Of a stretch of DNA of 64,000 bases, positions 13,420-26,518 are shown in pieces. A model generated the notes under the pieces. It was not told the origin of the DNA, ran no database searches, and worked only from the letters and a program-made list of their open reading frames with translations. The stretch's first letter is position 1, and the number at the start of each line of letters is the position of its first letter. The translations under genes and the position numbers were made by a program. Source of the DNA: Octopus vulgaris (Eukaryota); contig OX597815.1 of NCBI GenBank assembly GCA_951406725.2, positions 41,478,001 to 41,542,000 on the forward strand. The letters run 5' to 3'.

Positions 13420-13640
13420 ATTTATTTCTTAATTGCCCACAAGGGGCAAAACATAGAGGGGGCATACAAGGACAGACAAAGGGATTAAGTCGATTACATC
13501 GACCACAGTGTGTAACTGGTACTTATTTAATCAACCCCGAAAGGATGAAAGGCAAAGTCGACCTTGGCAGAATTTGAACTCAGAATGTAACAGCAGATAA
13601 AATAATGCTAAGCATTTTGCCCAGCATGCAAACTATTCTA
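13420..13640 (-). mobile_element. tRNA-SINE family D
   Basis: Reverse complement of 28555-28790 (AACTGGTACTTATTTAATCAACCCCGAAAGGATGAAAGGCAAAGTCGACC..GAATTTGAACTCAGAA). Confidence 0.85.
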
Positions 13641-14269
13641 TTTAGTACTGAACTAAATGGAAAAAAAATTGAGAATTACTAATTTAATTAATAGATTCCT
13701 AAAAGAATTTAACTGCCTTAAAGAGTGAAAAATATAACACTTCACTTTCAGTTGAAGGACAAATGGTTGTAGTCAGTAATTGGTTTTATCATTTTGGCTG
13801 CAAGGATTTATTTCTGATCTTAAATTTACAAGAACTATTTTAAAGCACAAGTAACAATAACAGTTTCCAGTCAATTAAAGACATAAAATGTATCTATTAA
13901 CTGTAATTCATTGATGAAACAGTCTAAAACAAAAACTTTTGATCTCTTTTCTTTCATTTTAATGAGTAAGAGAGAGGGGGAAGGATTCCTGATACTGCTT
14001 TCTCTCTTCTCTCTATTTTGCCCTCTTTTCTTTATTATATATATATTTTTTTATTATTCCCCTGGTAATGCATTTATAAGTGTAGATATTTCTAAAAATG
14101 TGCCAATTATCAAATTTTGAATTATTGTGGCTGCTGTCTAAGTTGATTAGTGAATGATTTATAAGTTGATTTACTTTATCTATAATAAAGTCATTTTTTT
14201 TTCATTCCATGTTTGAATGAAAGGTGAAGATCATTTTTTTCTTTCACTTTCATCTTATTGTCTGCCTTA

Positions 14270-14673
14270 AGTTGCACATGTATGCATATATAAATACAAT
14301 CCCTATACATAGACATGGTTACATGCATACACGTGCTCTCCCTCATGCATATGCTTATACTCCATACATACACATGCTTGCTTGTACTCTGCACCCACAT
14401 ACACCCACATACATGCTTGTACTCAATACACACATGCTTGTAATTCATACACATACATGCTCATACACCACATACACGTCCACGCTTGTACTCCACACAC
14501 ACACACGTGCATATTTGTACTCCTCACATACGCACATATTTTGCACAAACATACACACATGCTCGTACTTCACATACACATGCATGCTTGTACTCTGCAT
14601 ACACATGCGTACTCATGCTCCACACACACACACACACACACATGCATGATCGTACTCCTTGCATGCACACATA

Positions 14674-14709
<36 letters not shown>

Positions 14710-15340
14710 ACATATACACACATACTCCACATACACATGCATGCTTGTACTCTGCACACACACACACACATGCATGCTCATACTTCACCCACACACACAT
14801 ATGCATGCATGTACTCCTTACATACACACATATACTCCTCACAAACATGCACACACATGTTCATATTCCAGACACATGCTCATACCCCACACATACAAGC
14901 ATCCTCATACTCAGATACACATGCATGGTCGTACTCCACAGATACTCATGCATGCTAGAACTCTACACATACACACGCATGCTCATTCTCCACACATACA
15001 CACGCATGCTCATTCTCCACACATACACACGCATGCTCATTCTCCACACATACACATGCATCCTCGTACTCCACACATACACACACATGCTTGTAGTCCA
15101 CACATACGCATGCCCATACTCCACACATACACACGCATGCTCATACTACACATATACACATGCATGTTCGTACTACACACATGCTTGTACTACACACATA
15201 CACATGCATGCTTGTACTCTACACATATGTGCACATTCCCCACTTATACACATACATGCACATACACATAGGCATGTGTGCTCATACTCACACACATGCA
15301 CTGGCCTACGTGCACATTTGCATTTGTCTACATGCACAAT
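14270..15340. repeat. CA-rich degenerate minisatellite (about 25-27-bp unit)
   Basis: Unit ACACATACACACGCATGCTCATTCTCC occurs 3 times exactly near 14965-15045, with degenerate copies around it; explains the His/Thr-rich pseudo-ORFs. Confidence 0.9.
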
Positions 15341-15772
15341 TTTCACTTTTAGCTTTTATTTATTTATATATTTAATTATTTTTATGCTCACTTCCTTTAT
15401 TAGCTTTGCAATTTTATACCATTTATCAGTCTATATTCTCTATATGTATATACATACATTCTAGACATACTTCCATTCTCTTAATTAGGTTTGCTTTCAA
15501 ACAGGAATTGATATCTTAGTTGATTAGATTTAATCACTACTTATTGTTTAAACATTTAAGAAATTAAAAGTAAAATGGAATGTTTTTTTGGTTTTGTTTC
15601 CTTTCAAAAAGGGCTGTACTTGAAATATCAAAACTATCCTCTCTTCCCTCACAACACAGCTTATTAACTAATGAGGAAGCTTCTAAATGGTTATGTGATC
15701 TGCTTGAATCAATAACAAAATCTCCCTCAAATCCCATTCTTTTATATCACTTTTGTTTTTTTCATATACTTA

Positions 15773-16128
15773 CATTGGCTGTGTGGTTAAGAAGCTTGCT
15801 TAACAACCACGTGGTTTTGGGTTCAGTCTCACTGTGCAGCACTTTGGGTGACTTCTACTGTAGACCAGGACCAACCAGTGCCTTGTGAGTGAATTTGATT
15901 GATTGAAACTGTGTAGAAGCCGGTTGTATATACATGTATGTTTGTGCTTGTGCCTTCCCCTCCACCACCACTTGACAACTGTTGTTGGTTTGTTTATATC
16001 CCTATAACTTAGCAGTTGAGTAAAAGAGATAAATAGAATAAGTACTAGATTTAAGGAAACAAATAAGTACTGGGTCAATTTGTTTGACTAAACCTCAAGG
16101 TGTTTAATCCCCCAGCATGTTACAGTCC
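15773..16128 (+). mobile_element. tRNA-SINE family A
   Basis: TGGCTGTGTGGTTAAGAAGCTTG (A box), GGGTTCAGTCTC (B box), shared body. Confidence 0.85.
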
Positions 16129-16349
16129 ATTTCTAATGTTAGCCACTTGTTAGATCTAATTGACTTAGCCCCTTCCCCTGAAATATCTGACCTCATGCTA
16201 AAATTTGAAATTATTATTAATGCTATAGTTAATGTTTCTGGTGATGGCAGGATTAAAACTAAAAATTTACTTGATTAATATTAAACTGTTAATCTGAAAC
16301 ATCAATACAGAAACCTCAGGGTTCATAATCCTGCAAACTTCATGACGGC

Positions 16350-16546
16350 CTCACTAGTGATGGTAGCACGAAAAAAGCACCCAGTACATGTTGTAAAGTA
16401 GTTTACTGTTAGGAAGGACATTTAGCCATAGCAACCTTGCCAAAGCAGACACTGGAGCAAGATGCAGTCGGTGGGCCCATCAAATACTGTCAAATTGTCC
16501 AACCAGTACCAGCAGAAAACACGGATGTTAAATGATGATGATGATA
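16350..16546 (+). mobile_element. RTE-tail repeat family C
   Basis: AAAAGCACCCAGTACA..TGTAAAGT..TGTCAAATTGTCCAACC..GGATGTTAAATGATGATGATGAT. Confidence 0.75.
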
Positions 16547-16550
16547 TATG

Positions 16551-16760
16551 TACAAGATGATGCTGGCATTAGGTAAAAGAAAATACAGGGGGATCAGTTA
16601 TTTATGATTTTATTTAACATATTTCCCTCTCAGATTCACACACTTATTGCAGCGGTCCTTCAGTTTTTCTAAGCCCTGTAAAAGAACTTGGAAGGTTGGG
16701 CCTCCAATCAGGCCTTTCACTACACCCCTAAAGCCAGGAACTTTTCAGCACCCCCTTATA
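16551..16760 (-). mobile_element. mariner-derived MITE family I retaining the transposase C-terminus
   Basis: Right TIR GCCAGGAACTTTTCAGCACCCCCTTATA; minus strand translates LQGLEKLKDRCNKCVNLRGKYVK*, like mariner C-termini. Confidence 0.8.
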
Positions 16761-17126
16761 TGTATTACTCTACCAGAAAACTTGGTTGTTTTACTGTGAA
16801 CAGTGTAATTGATAGCTAGGATGTTTGGATTTTTTTCCTATGCTGGATATGTGTCAAGCATTGAGAATACAGTTAATTTTGTTGCACATCAGTTTTAAAA
16901 GTTTTAATTTTTCTTTTTTCTACATGCTGTCATGGGTTTGATATGATATGTAGAAAAAAGTCTGTTAGTAATGGTGGATGGATTTGACCTTTTCACTTTC
17001 TGTTAAAAAATAAAAAAAAAAAACAAGGAAACTTTGAAGGATATTATAACAATATATGCAAGTGTTTTACAGAAGGCATCAAGGAAATTCATATTTTTTT
17101 TATCAAACCTGTGCATACCCGTACAA

Positions 17127-17167
<41 letters not shown>

Positions 17168-17624
17168 CACATATATATGTATGTATGTATGTATATGCAT
17201 CAACATGCACTTTTTTTTTCTGGTAGCTCTATATTAAAAGGTGTAGTAAAACTATAAAGCACTAAAAGCATTAAAATGTCTATATACTGAACATATTTTA
17301 AATAAATTTAGAAATTGTTCAACCCATCTTATCTAAGTATTTTGTTCTATTACAGAATTCTTTTTTTAAATCCTTGTTAAGTTTCATTTCTGAGACAATA
17401 AATATTGGTTAAGCTTGTGAAATACGTTATTTAGAAATCAAAATCAATGATTAATTAATGTATTATCATTTTAAAAGTGAAGTTATTGGAAAAACAAAAA
17501 TGACTGTAAAGTTAATTCTTAATCTTTTGGCAGTGTATGGGCAACTTCAGAGTAGACCATGAGTAACAGTGAATAAAACATGCAATAAAGTTTTAATTAA
17601 AACTTTTTGAAGATATATGCACTA

Positions 17625-17786
17625 TACAGACATGGTTGTGTGGTAAGAAGCTTGCTTCCCGACCACAGTGGTTCCAAGTTCAGTCCCACTGCATTGGCAC
17701 TTTGGGCAAGTGTCTTTTATTATAGCCTCAGGCAGACCAAATCCTTGTGAGTGGATTTAGTAGATGGAAACTGGAAGAGGCCCATC

Positions 17787-17832
<46 letters not shown>

Positions 17833-18040
17833 GTGTGTCTGTATGTCCCCTCACCATCGCTTGACAACTAGTGTTGGTGTTTACATCCCCATAACTTAGT
17901 GGTTCAGCAAAAGAGACTGATAGAATAAATACCAGGCTTACAAAGAATAAGTCCTGGGGTTGATTTCTTCAATTAAAAAACTTTTAAGGTGGTGCTCCAG
18001 CATGGCTGCAGTCAAATGATTGAAACAAGTAAAAGAATAA
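17625..18040 (+). mobile_element. tRNA-SINE family A, full length
   Basis: A/B boxes, CTTTGGGCAAGTGTC body, internal (GT)n(AT)n, tail TGAAACAAGTAAAAGA. Confidence 0.9.
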
Positions 18041-21000
18041 ATGAATATATGAACTTTTTGTTTTCTTAAAATTAGAGAAAGGACAAAAAGTAATTAGAAA
18101 CTGATTTTTAACATGAATCGAACTAGAAATGTTTCATCCAATAACTATTTTTCAATGCTATTTTTTTTACTCTAAAATAGTTATCCAAAAATTTCTGGAA
18201 CCTGGCTGCTTGTCAGATTTCTTCTGTCCAAAGTCACATCTATATTAATCTATTTATAATGTGTGTGTGTAGGTTATACTGTCTTCTTAGAAAAATATTG
18301 ATGCTTTTTCAATATTATCCCCCCATAGTTTTTGAATGTCATTTTTCCATTGGATCTTTTCACATAACTGTATATAGATTGCCATCTTTTCATTGACCTT
18401 TCTGTTGTTTGTTGTTGTTGTTCAGCTCCAGGTTAACTATGATCTAGCAAGATGATGATCAAAGGCGTTTCACCAATAACCATCCCATCTTGTATTTTCT
18501 AGGCTTTAAAGTAAACTTAACTCAAACTGAAGTTATGCTTAGTAGAAAAGAAGACCTGTGTCTCTGCTGCTAACAGAGTAATGGCCATGCTTGGTATATT
18601 GTGTGTGATCTGAGTTGCTTGAATATGAGATAGTTATTCAACTCATCAGATCCTGTGAAACCATCCAACTCTTGCCAGTATGGAAAATGAATATAAAATG
18701 ACAACAATGAGTGTACCCCAGTCTACATCATACTATTTAGAGCAGATGGTAAGGTGTGACACAAGGGAGATTTTGTCTTGAAAAGATGGTGGTTCCATTT
18801 GAAACACTCTTCAGAAAAAAAGACTAGGTGGTCAAATTGGAATAGTTAAGGAAAATGGGATGGTCACAGAACACTTTTCAAAGACATGCCAAAGACTCAT
18901 GGGGTTTTAATCTTCACGTTGACATGCATAGTTAATCATATCAAAAGAACCAATGAACACAGCTGTGAAAAGAGCCAATACAAAAAGATATTCAATGCAT
19001 CAGCTATGAGAGGTACTACTGAAAATGCACTGAAGTCTCATTTGTCTTAATAAAAAGAAATTATTTAACCTGGTACCTAAAGTGTATTTTTGATTTAAAT
19101 AAAGGTTTCTAAAAATACGTCTTCAAATGAAATTTGAATAATTTCAATCCACATTTAATTAATGATTAATAAAAAATATTTTTATTTTTGCAGAGAAAAA
19201 TATTTACTGTTAGGAAGGACATTTACTGTTAGGATCCTGCATCAGTAAATTTTCTAATAAACATTTTGCCAATTCACTGCCCTAGATTAGTACATTTTTT
19301 TTTTTTTACCTCAAAAGATGAAAGGTAATGTTCACCTAGTTCATACTTGAACTCAGAATACAATATTAAAACAAATACCAGGAGGTATTCTAACCAGCAC
19401 TCAAATGACTCTGTGTGTATACCTCCAATCACATTATCATTTTATGTATTAGAATAATCAATTTCCTTATAAAATTCAGTACCACTTTTAACATATTTGT
19501 TTCTCTATTTCTTTTGTTATTCATTTTCAAGAGAGATCTGACTTACTGCTTTTCAGTTATTTTTATGCTCTATGATTACACTAATCACACACTATATTTG
19601 ACCTGGAAAGACTGGAGCTGTTACAGAATCCAATTTTATCTGTTTTAGCCTATCCTATCAATATTTACATGGTCCTGAATGAGTATGCAAACTTTTTTTT
19701 TCTTTAGACATATCAGTTCTACCAATTAAAATGTAGGTTTCTTCAAACTTTCGCTTGGGATAGTAGATTTCTAAAATAAATCAGTTGTTTTGATTAACAT
19801 TAGGATGACCTATTGTAAAACCTGCCAAAAATGCACTGCTTTCACATATCTGTAGTCTGTTTCGACTAATTATTTCAATTAGTAATTCTAGCTGTTGGCT
19901 TAAATTCCTTTCTCTTGTTCAATGTAGAATGCATATGAAAAATATAAACACAGGGCCATGGGAAAGAAAAACAAAAATCAATTTTTATCCTCATTTTTCT
20001 CTTGGGTGCCAATATGAATCAAATTTTTTGTTTTTGATTTTCTCTTTTGTTGAAGTTGGTTATGGAGGCTATAAATTATATCATTGTTAGCACTCTAGCA
20101 TTTGAAGACAAGAATTTGTTAAAATAATTTCAGCCTCCTTTTAAGTTTTGATTTAAATATATTCTATTTTCTTATAGATCTCTTCAGGATATCAATATTT
20201 ATTGTATTTTTTTGTTGATGATCTGTTCAGTAGTTATGGATGTTAAATGGCTTTCATAATGCATCCTACAATATTTTCAAGTTTCATTTAGCATGTATAA
20301 ATCAATAAAAGGTTAAAACAATGACTAGTGGGGCAGTATAAAATGCCACAATATATCCCTTTATGTTGTTGTTTACCCACAGGAAACCTGTTAAAGCAGA
20401 CCTGTGGTCAAGGGTATTCTAGCCATGATCAACTGGCCTTTTTTATATCAGGGAGTATATTGTTTAATGTATCTTTTTTTTTCTATGTTAATAGTTTCAT
20501 GTAAGGTTTCATTAGCCTGCCCCAGTAGTTATCTCATCAATAAGGGCACTATATGCCCTATTTTTCAACTAAACAAAGCACAGCACTTATGAATAACATC
20601 AATGCTTAATTTTTTTGTTTTACTTTGCCTCCAAATTTTTACTGCTCTTTCACTTTATTCTGTAATTATATCAGAACAGGACATTTTGTTTTGACTTTAG
20701 TGCAAAAATATTGTGTTGCTAATCCTGACTGTAATTCTATAATACCTCTTCACTTTGTACTTCAAAGCTCTTATAGGCCATTCATTCACACTAACCATAC
20801 TTATTGTTTACCAATACTGACTACATTGGTAGTGGCTTCACATTTGTTATATAAAAACAAACATTTTATATCATTTATGATTCCCTGTAGTTGATATCAC
20901 TGATGACTAGGTTTTGGGATATGCTTATACCACATTACTGATAGTTTTTCTGTTATCTCCAAACCAACCTGTTTCTGCTGAAGATATTGTGAGGTTAAAG

Positions 21001-22415
21001 TAACTACTTTTTTAACCAGTTGGCAGTTCAAATTGCTTAAAATAAATGTTAAACCAATGGCTGCACCATGATAAAAATTCTTTCAATTGGTTAGTTAGCA
21101 AACTTCAGTTTCTCAAATTATAAAAGCAATATTAAAGAATAGGACTAGAGATGATACTAAATCTCAAATGTCAATTTGATGAATAATTTTTTTTCTCTCT
21201 AATTTTGTCAAAAATTAAGCATCCATGATAAAAATATGAAACTGTCATTCTGTTTTCTTTTCTCTCACATAAAAATCTTGTTTATGGGTTTTCTCACAGT
21301 CTTATTTCTTTGAATGCTCCTGCTATCTTAGTAAAGGCAATAATTAAATTATTCTATAATTTTATAGGACATTTCCTTATCACTGCTGGGGAGTGCCTGC
21401 ATATGACTATATAAAGTTATTTTTCAGAAAATAAATCCAACTAGTTGTTTGTTGCTTTCAAAACATTTTTAGTAATGAAGTAAAAAGCCATTACATTGTT
21501 GGAAAATAGTTAATAGCTGCTTTTTTCATATGTGGGATGATCTATCTTGTAAAAACATACTTCATTCACAATGTGTGACCTAATTAAGTGTCTGTGACCA
21601 AATTGATAACTAATTGGTATAATTTCAATTTAGAGGAAATAATGACTGTCAGATCACCTCATAAGTAATGTTTGTTTTCATTTTCAATAGCAATATACAT
21701 TTGTAAACTTTGTATGTAGTTGTACTGATAAAGATTCCTATGGTTGAAGATAATTTACATAATTAAGAAAGAACAAAAACTTATAAATTATCTCTGAGAA
21801 CTAGTAAGATTTACATAGAATACATTGAGCCAATGAAAGAGCCTCTACTGGATTGCTTTCTCTGCTTGCAACATCAGCCAAACCTCTCACAAATTATATT
21901 CTACTATGTTAAAGAAGGGTGTTAGACAATATAATGCCTAATGTACAAGGAAGATGGGCTGGTCATGGTTGGAAAGCCATTGATCAATTGACCTAGGGAT
22001 AAACAACAAATACCTTTGTTATTGATTTACTATTGGGGAATGGGTTGTTGTCTTGGCCTTTGTAAATTCTCCAAGACTGATAAAACTCTAGTTATTCCCT
22101 TGAATAGTCTTAGCTCTTTTTATGCATACAAAGTTTTAATACGTATTTATCAAAGGACATGAATGCCCAAAAGTGAAATTTCTTTTCTCCTCATGGCAAA
22201 AAATATTTCTTTCAGTTACAATGCTTCTCCTAAAAGATTTCTTCTCATAAGAACTGTGGGACTAGTTTGAATTAGGACAGAAGTTTGCAGTTTGAGTACC
22301 CACAGCCCTTGAGGATGCAAGATGGTATTTCAGGGGATGCAATAAAGAGGGGAAGAATGTATTATTAAAATTGCTTTTCAAAATAAAATTATTAGCTTAA
22401 AAGAAAATTATGAAT

Positions 22416-22700
22416 GACCTAAAGCTTTGTGAGTGAATTTGGTTGACAGAAATTGTGTGGAAGCTCATTGTATGTGTGTGAATATATATATGTAGTGTAT
22501 ACATTTGTGTGTGTCATTGTGTTTGTATTGGTCCCTTCACCCACTGCTCAACAACTGATGTTGGTTTGTTTACATTCCTGTAATTTAGCAGTTTAACAAG
22601 AGAGAACCAATAGAATAAGTACTGGGGTAGATTTGTTCAACTGAACCCTTGAAGATGGTGCTCCAGCATGGCCACAGTTCAATGACTGAAAAAAATAAAC
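22416..22700 (+). mobile_element. tRNA-SINE family A, 5'-truncated
   Basis: AAAGCTTTGTGAGTGAATTTGG ... GGTGCTCCAGCATGGCCACAG..AATGACTGAAA. Confidence 0.8.
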
Positions 22701-23231
22701 AACCCTAAAAGCTAAAGCTATGTACATGAAGAGCTTTATTATTTAACATATGTAGATTTAACCCTCAAGGAATTATGACCTAGAACTGTGACTTCATTCC
22801 ATTTGCAATGGCATACTTGTGGGAATCTGGATTCAGTTCTCTTCTTTCAATCAACACAAAACCTAGGAATTGTATGAATCCACAGACAGGCCTACAGGTT
22901 GCAGTCTGCAAGGAAGTTCCAGTTTTTGATATGGCTGGGAATTAGAGGCAGAAACAAAGAAGTTATTGAATTTTATGTTTAGATATTGTAATTGATAATA
23001 CTGTTTACAGTTTTCTTTTCTCTAATTGCTTAATTTACATTTGCATTTTTATGCACAGAGCTAAAAGTTTATTGTTTTTAGTTCAGTTTGTTTACTCACA
23101 GAATTGTATTTGGTTTAATTTTCAAAGTGAAAATAATTATTACAAAGTTGACTTTTCATATGTAGTATTGCCATTGTATGGACAACAAAACATTAAATGA
23201 AATATTTCCTAGGGTTACTGGACTTACAAAA

Positions 23232-23822
23232 AGTATGGCAGTGTGGTTAAGAAGCTTGATTTCCAACCTCATGGTTTCAGGTTCAGTTCCATTGTACAAC
23301 ACTTCTGCTGTATCACCAAGCCAACTGGGTAGACTGAGACTGCATGGAAAACATTGTGTGTATGCCTATATACAAGAGGGTGCTGAAAAATTCCTGGTTT
23401 TGGGTAAAATAAAATACAGGATAATCAGTTATGATTTTATTCAACATATTCCACTCTGAGATTCACACACTTATTGCAGTGGTCCTTCAGTTTTTCTAAG
23501 TCCTGTAAAAAAACTCAAGGTTGGGCCTCCAGCTAGGTCTTTCACAATACTCTTAAAGCCAGGAACTTTTCAGCACCCCCTCAAATGTATGTTGTGTGTC
23601 TTTGTGTCTGTTTGACCTCCTCCCACTGCTTGACAACCTGTGTTCTTTTGTTTACATCCTGTAATCATTTACATCCTTGTGACCTAGAGGCTCAGCATTA
23701 AAAGAGTAAGTGACACACTTAAAAAATATGTACTTGGATTGATTTGTTTGACTAAAAACCTTTCAAGGCAGTGTCCCAGCATGGCTGCAATACAATGACT
23801 AAAACAAGTAAATGATAAAATA
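23232..23822 (+). mobile_element. tRNA-SINE family A interrupted by a mariner MITE
   Basis: Head at about 23232-23300, body resumes after 23585, tail ATGACTAAAACAAGTAAA. Confidence 0.8.
23371..23585 (-). mobile_element. mariner-derived MITE family I
   Basis: TIRs TACAAGAGGGTGCTGAAAAATTCCTGG ... CCAGGAACTTTTCAGCACCCCCTCAAA; minus strand FLQDLEKLKDHCNKCVNLRVEYVE*. Confidence 0.85.
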
Positions 23823-23900
23823 TAAATGACAGTGTTAGAATCTGCTTTATTAGTGCACTCAAGTAAAAACACACCAATACTTAGTATTGCTGTTGAAGTA

Positions 23901-24310
23901 TACTCTTTTACTTGTTTCAGTCATTTGACTGTGGCCATGCTGGAGCACCACCTTTAGTCGAGAAAATCAACCCTAGGACTTATTTTTTGTAAGCCTAGTA
24001 CTTATTCTATCAGTCTCTTTTGGTGAACCGCTAAGTAACGGGGACGTAAACACACCAGCATCGGTTGTCAAGCAATATTGGGGGGGACAAACACAGACAC
24101 ACAAACATATACACACATACATACATACATACATATATATATACGACAAGCTTCTTTCAGTTTCCGTCTACCAAATCCACTCACAAGGCTTTGGTCGGCC
24201 TGAGGCTATAGTAGAAGACACTTGCCCAAGGTGCCACTCAGTGGGACTGAACCCAGAACAGTGTGCTTCGTAAGCAAGTTACTTACCACACAGCCACTCC
24301 TACGCCTATA
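23901..24310 (-). mobile_element. tRNA-SINE family A, young (CpG-retaining) full-length copy
   Basis: Closely matches 49368-49763 and retains many CpGs. Confidence 0.92.
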
Positions 24311-24350
24311 TAGCTGACATTTTTGGAGGAGCATTGTAAGTTATGTAATA

Positions 24351-24594
24351 AATATAAATGCACCCTTTTAAAGCCTAGCCAGGCTCAAGGGCCCGGTTTT
24401 CTGGTTTCTATGGCATATGTGTTCCCCAGCCAGTCCATCACAGCGTTACTCATTTTTGCCAGCTGAGTGGACAGGAGCAACATGAAATGAAGTGTTTTGC
24501 TCAAGAACACAATGCAGCGCCCTGTCCAGGAATCAAAACCACAATTTTATGATCATAATGCTGACACCCTAACCACTAAGCCACACGCCTCCAC
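24351..24594 (-). mobile_element. tRNA-SINE family M (CORE-like body) with TSD
   Basis: 13-bp TSD AAGTTATGTAATA at 24338-24350 and 24595-24607; minus-strand head GTGGAGGCGTGTGGCTTAGTGGTTAGG, B-box-like GGTTTTGATTCC, then TGTGTTCTTGAGCAAAACACTT. Confidence 0.85.
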
Positions 24595-25095
24595 AAGTTA
24601 TGTAATACTTTAAAATTTTGAGCATTAGAGTAAAATTTAAGCAAATATGTAACAGCTGGGTTTATTAATGCTGAAGTTTGTTTCAGTTGTTTTTATTCAA
24701 TTCAATTTCATAAAATCTAAACTAGTAGTCATGTGCTCAACAATTTTTTCGTACATGTTAGAATAAATTATGTAATTTTATTTTTTTTTGCAGATGATTT
24801 ATTTATCTTTTATATGTAGATCCTAATATTATAATGAGATTTAGTCCCTTCCCCTTAACTCTTGGTACTCTTGTTTCAGCTTGCATTCATTTTCTCACCT
24901 AACATGCATTTTCCATTATTGTTAATACATACCCCATTTTAGTACAGTTGTTTGTATACATAAAATTTCTAATGCACCAGAAGCCTGTGATATACTTAGT
25001 CTATGCACTGATTTTATGTTTTACATCTTAAAATTAATTCTCAGTTTATCACTCCCTAGTTTTTATCACATATGTTGAACTATTATTCCATGTAT

Positions 25096-25249
25096 ATACC
25101 TCATTTTTATGCAGGGAGAATGGTTTTATTACCAAAAATATTAATTAGTGTTGAATCTCTCTTCAGTTGTAAATACCTCCTTTTTAATCAGGGAGAATGG
25201 TTTTATTATCAGAAATATTAATTAGTGTTGAATCTCTCTTCAGTTGTAA
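25096..25249. repeat. 77-bp tandem duplication (2 copies)
   Basis: 25096-25172 and 25173-25249 are near-identical. Confidence 0.9.
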
Positions 25250-26016
25250 TTCAGTTAAGAAATTAACTGCAACTATCAAAAGTTCATTAGAAAATACCAT
25301 TATTACGGTCTGAACTCAGTTATCCAAACATCAAGTTTTGGGATTACCAAAACAAGATCTCAAAATCATATGAATATTTAATTAGTCATACTGTGTAGCA
25401 CTAGAAAGTAATATTGATGTTGCTATTTCATCTTTTGTGTATGATGATTAAATGTGAATTCAAATAACTGAAGAAAATATGAAATTTACATAAAAAATGT
25501 GCTAATGACAGAGACGCAATGACTGTCTTTTATTTCGTTATCATTAGTACTACATATGAATTGGTCTGTTAATTTGATGTCATCTGGTCTTTTTAATCAG
25601 TGTCAAAATAGTTTTGACAAAAAGAAAAATGAAAATACTTGCTGAAGGGTTTGGAAATGCAGCAAAATTAGTAGTCTGCATTTTGTTCCAAGTACATATC
25701 TATCACAAGTAATTGAGTTTGTTGCTGTTACCATATCTAGGAAGAGGGACCAAACACTATCACTAGCCAAACAGAAAAGTAAGACTTTACAGCTTTTGGA
25801 TCATAGTGAAAAGGCATGACAGATTGTACAAGAGTACAACATTGTAAAACTAATAAAAACTAACTAATTATGTTTATTCACTGTGACTTCTTTTCATTAT
25901 GATCCAATCAATTATCTGAACAGTTAACTGAACAAAATACTCCCGGCCTGTCTCATTTTGATAATCGAGGTCGAACTGTACTTAGCAATACTATCAAATC
26001 AATTTATTTAGAACAT

Positions 26017-26298
26017 TTAACCTTTTTCATACCAACCTGCTTGGCTCCAGGCAAGTTGGAATGTAAAAAGTAGGTATGTTCACTGGTATAAACCATACCA
26101 TTATAAAATATACATATTTAAATTGAATATACATATTTGAATTTAATTTTATGTGAGAACCTGAAGTTATTTTCTAAATTCACAGCTTTAATAATGAAAA
26201 AAAAAATTTTCAACTGTTTAGTATTCTTGATAATTTTTAATATTAGAAGAAAAATATTGAGGAGATATTTTAATAGAAATGTAGTAATGAAAGGGTTA
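26017..26298 (-). mobile_element. piggyBac-like MITE related to family E, diverged
   Basis: TTAACCTTTTTCATACCAACC ... GTAATGAAAGGGTTAA termini. Confidence 0.55.
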
Positions 26299-26518
26299 AA
26301 ATATGTATTTTCTATTTTCTATTCTACCACAGAAGTACTTCTAATATGGCTTTTAGTCCTGTCCATACTCTCATATACAGCATTATTTGTTTTCACATTT
26401 TGTTCAACTACTGTTCATTATCCATCAAAGTGAAGAACATAGGATTCTGTATTGAACAAAAGCATCTGACAAAATGAAATGACTTTTTCTGTATGAACCA
26501 ATAGGGGAGTTTATAGGC

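Noticed and set aside
14965-15050. CRISPR-like 27-bp direct repeats
   Set aside because: Repeats are contiguous with no spacers, the context is eukaryotic, and there are no cas genes.
14382-15464. 360-aa His/Thr-rich ORF and overlapping ORFs
   Set aside because: They lie entirely in a CA-rich minisatellite and are open in several frames on both strands because the repeat lacks stop codons.
17630-17700. tRNA gene candidates (A and B boxes) at SINE heads
   Set aside because: No cloverleaf acceptor stem or poly-T terminator; each continues into a SINE body.
20893-20982. C/D box snoRNA (TGATGA...CTGA with TATCA/TGATA stem)
   Set aside because: The stem-bounded span is only about 50 nt and I recognise no rRNA antisense element; such boxes occur by chance.
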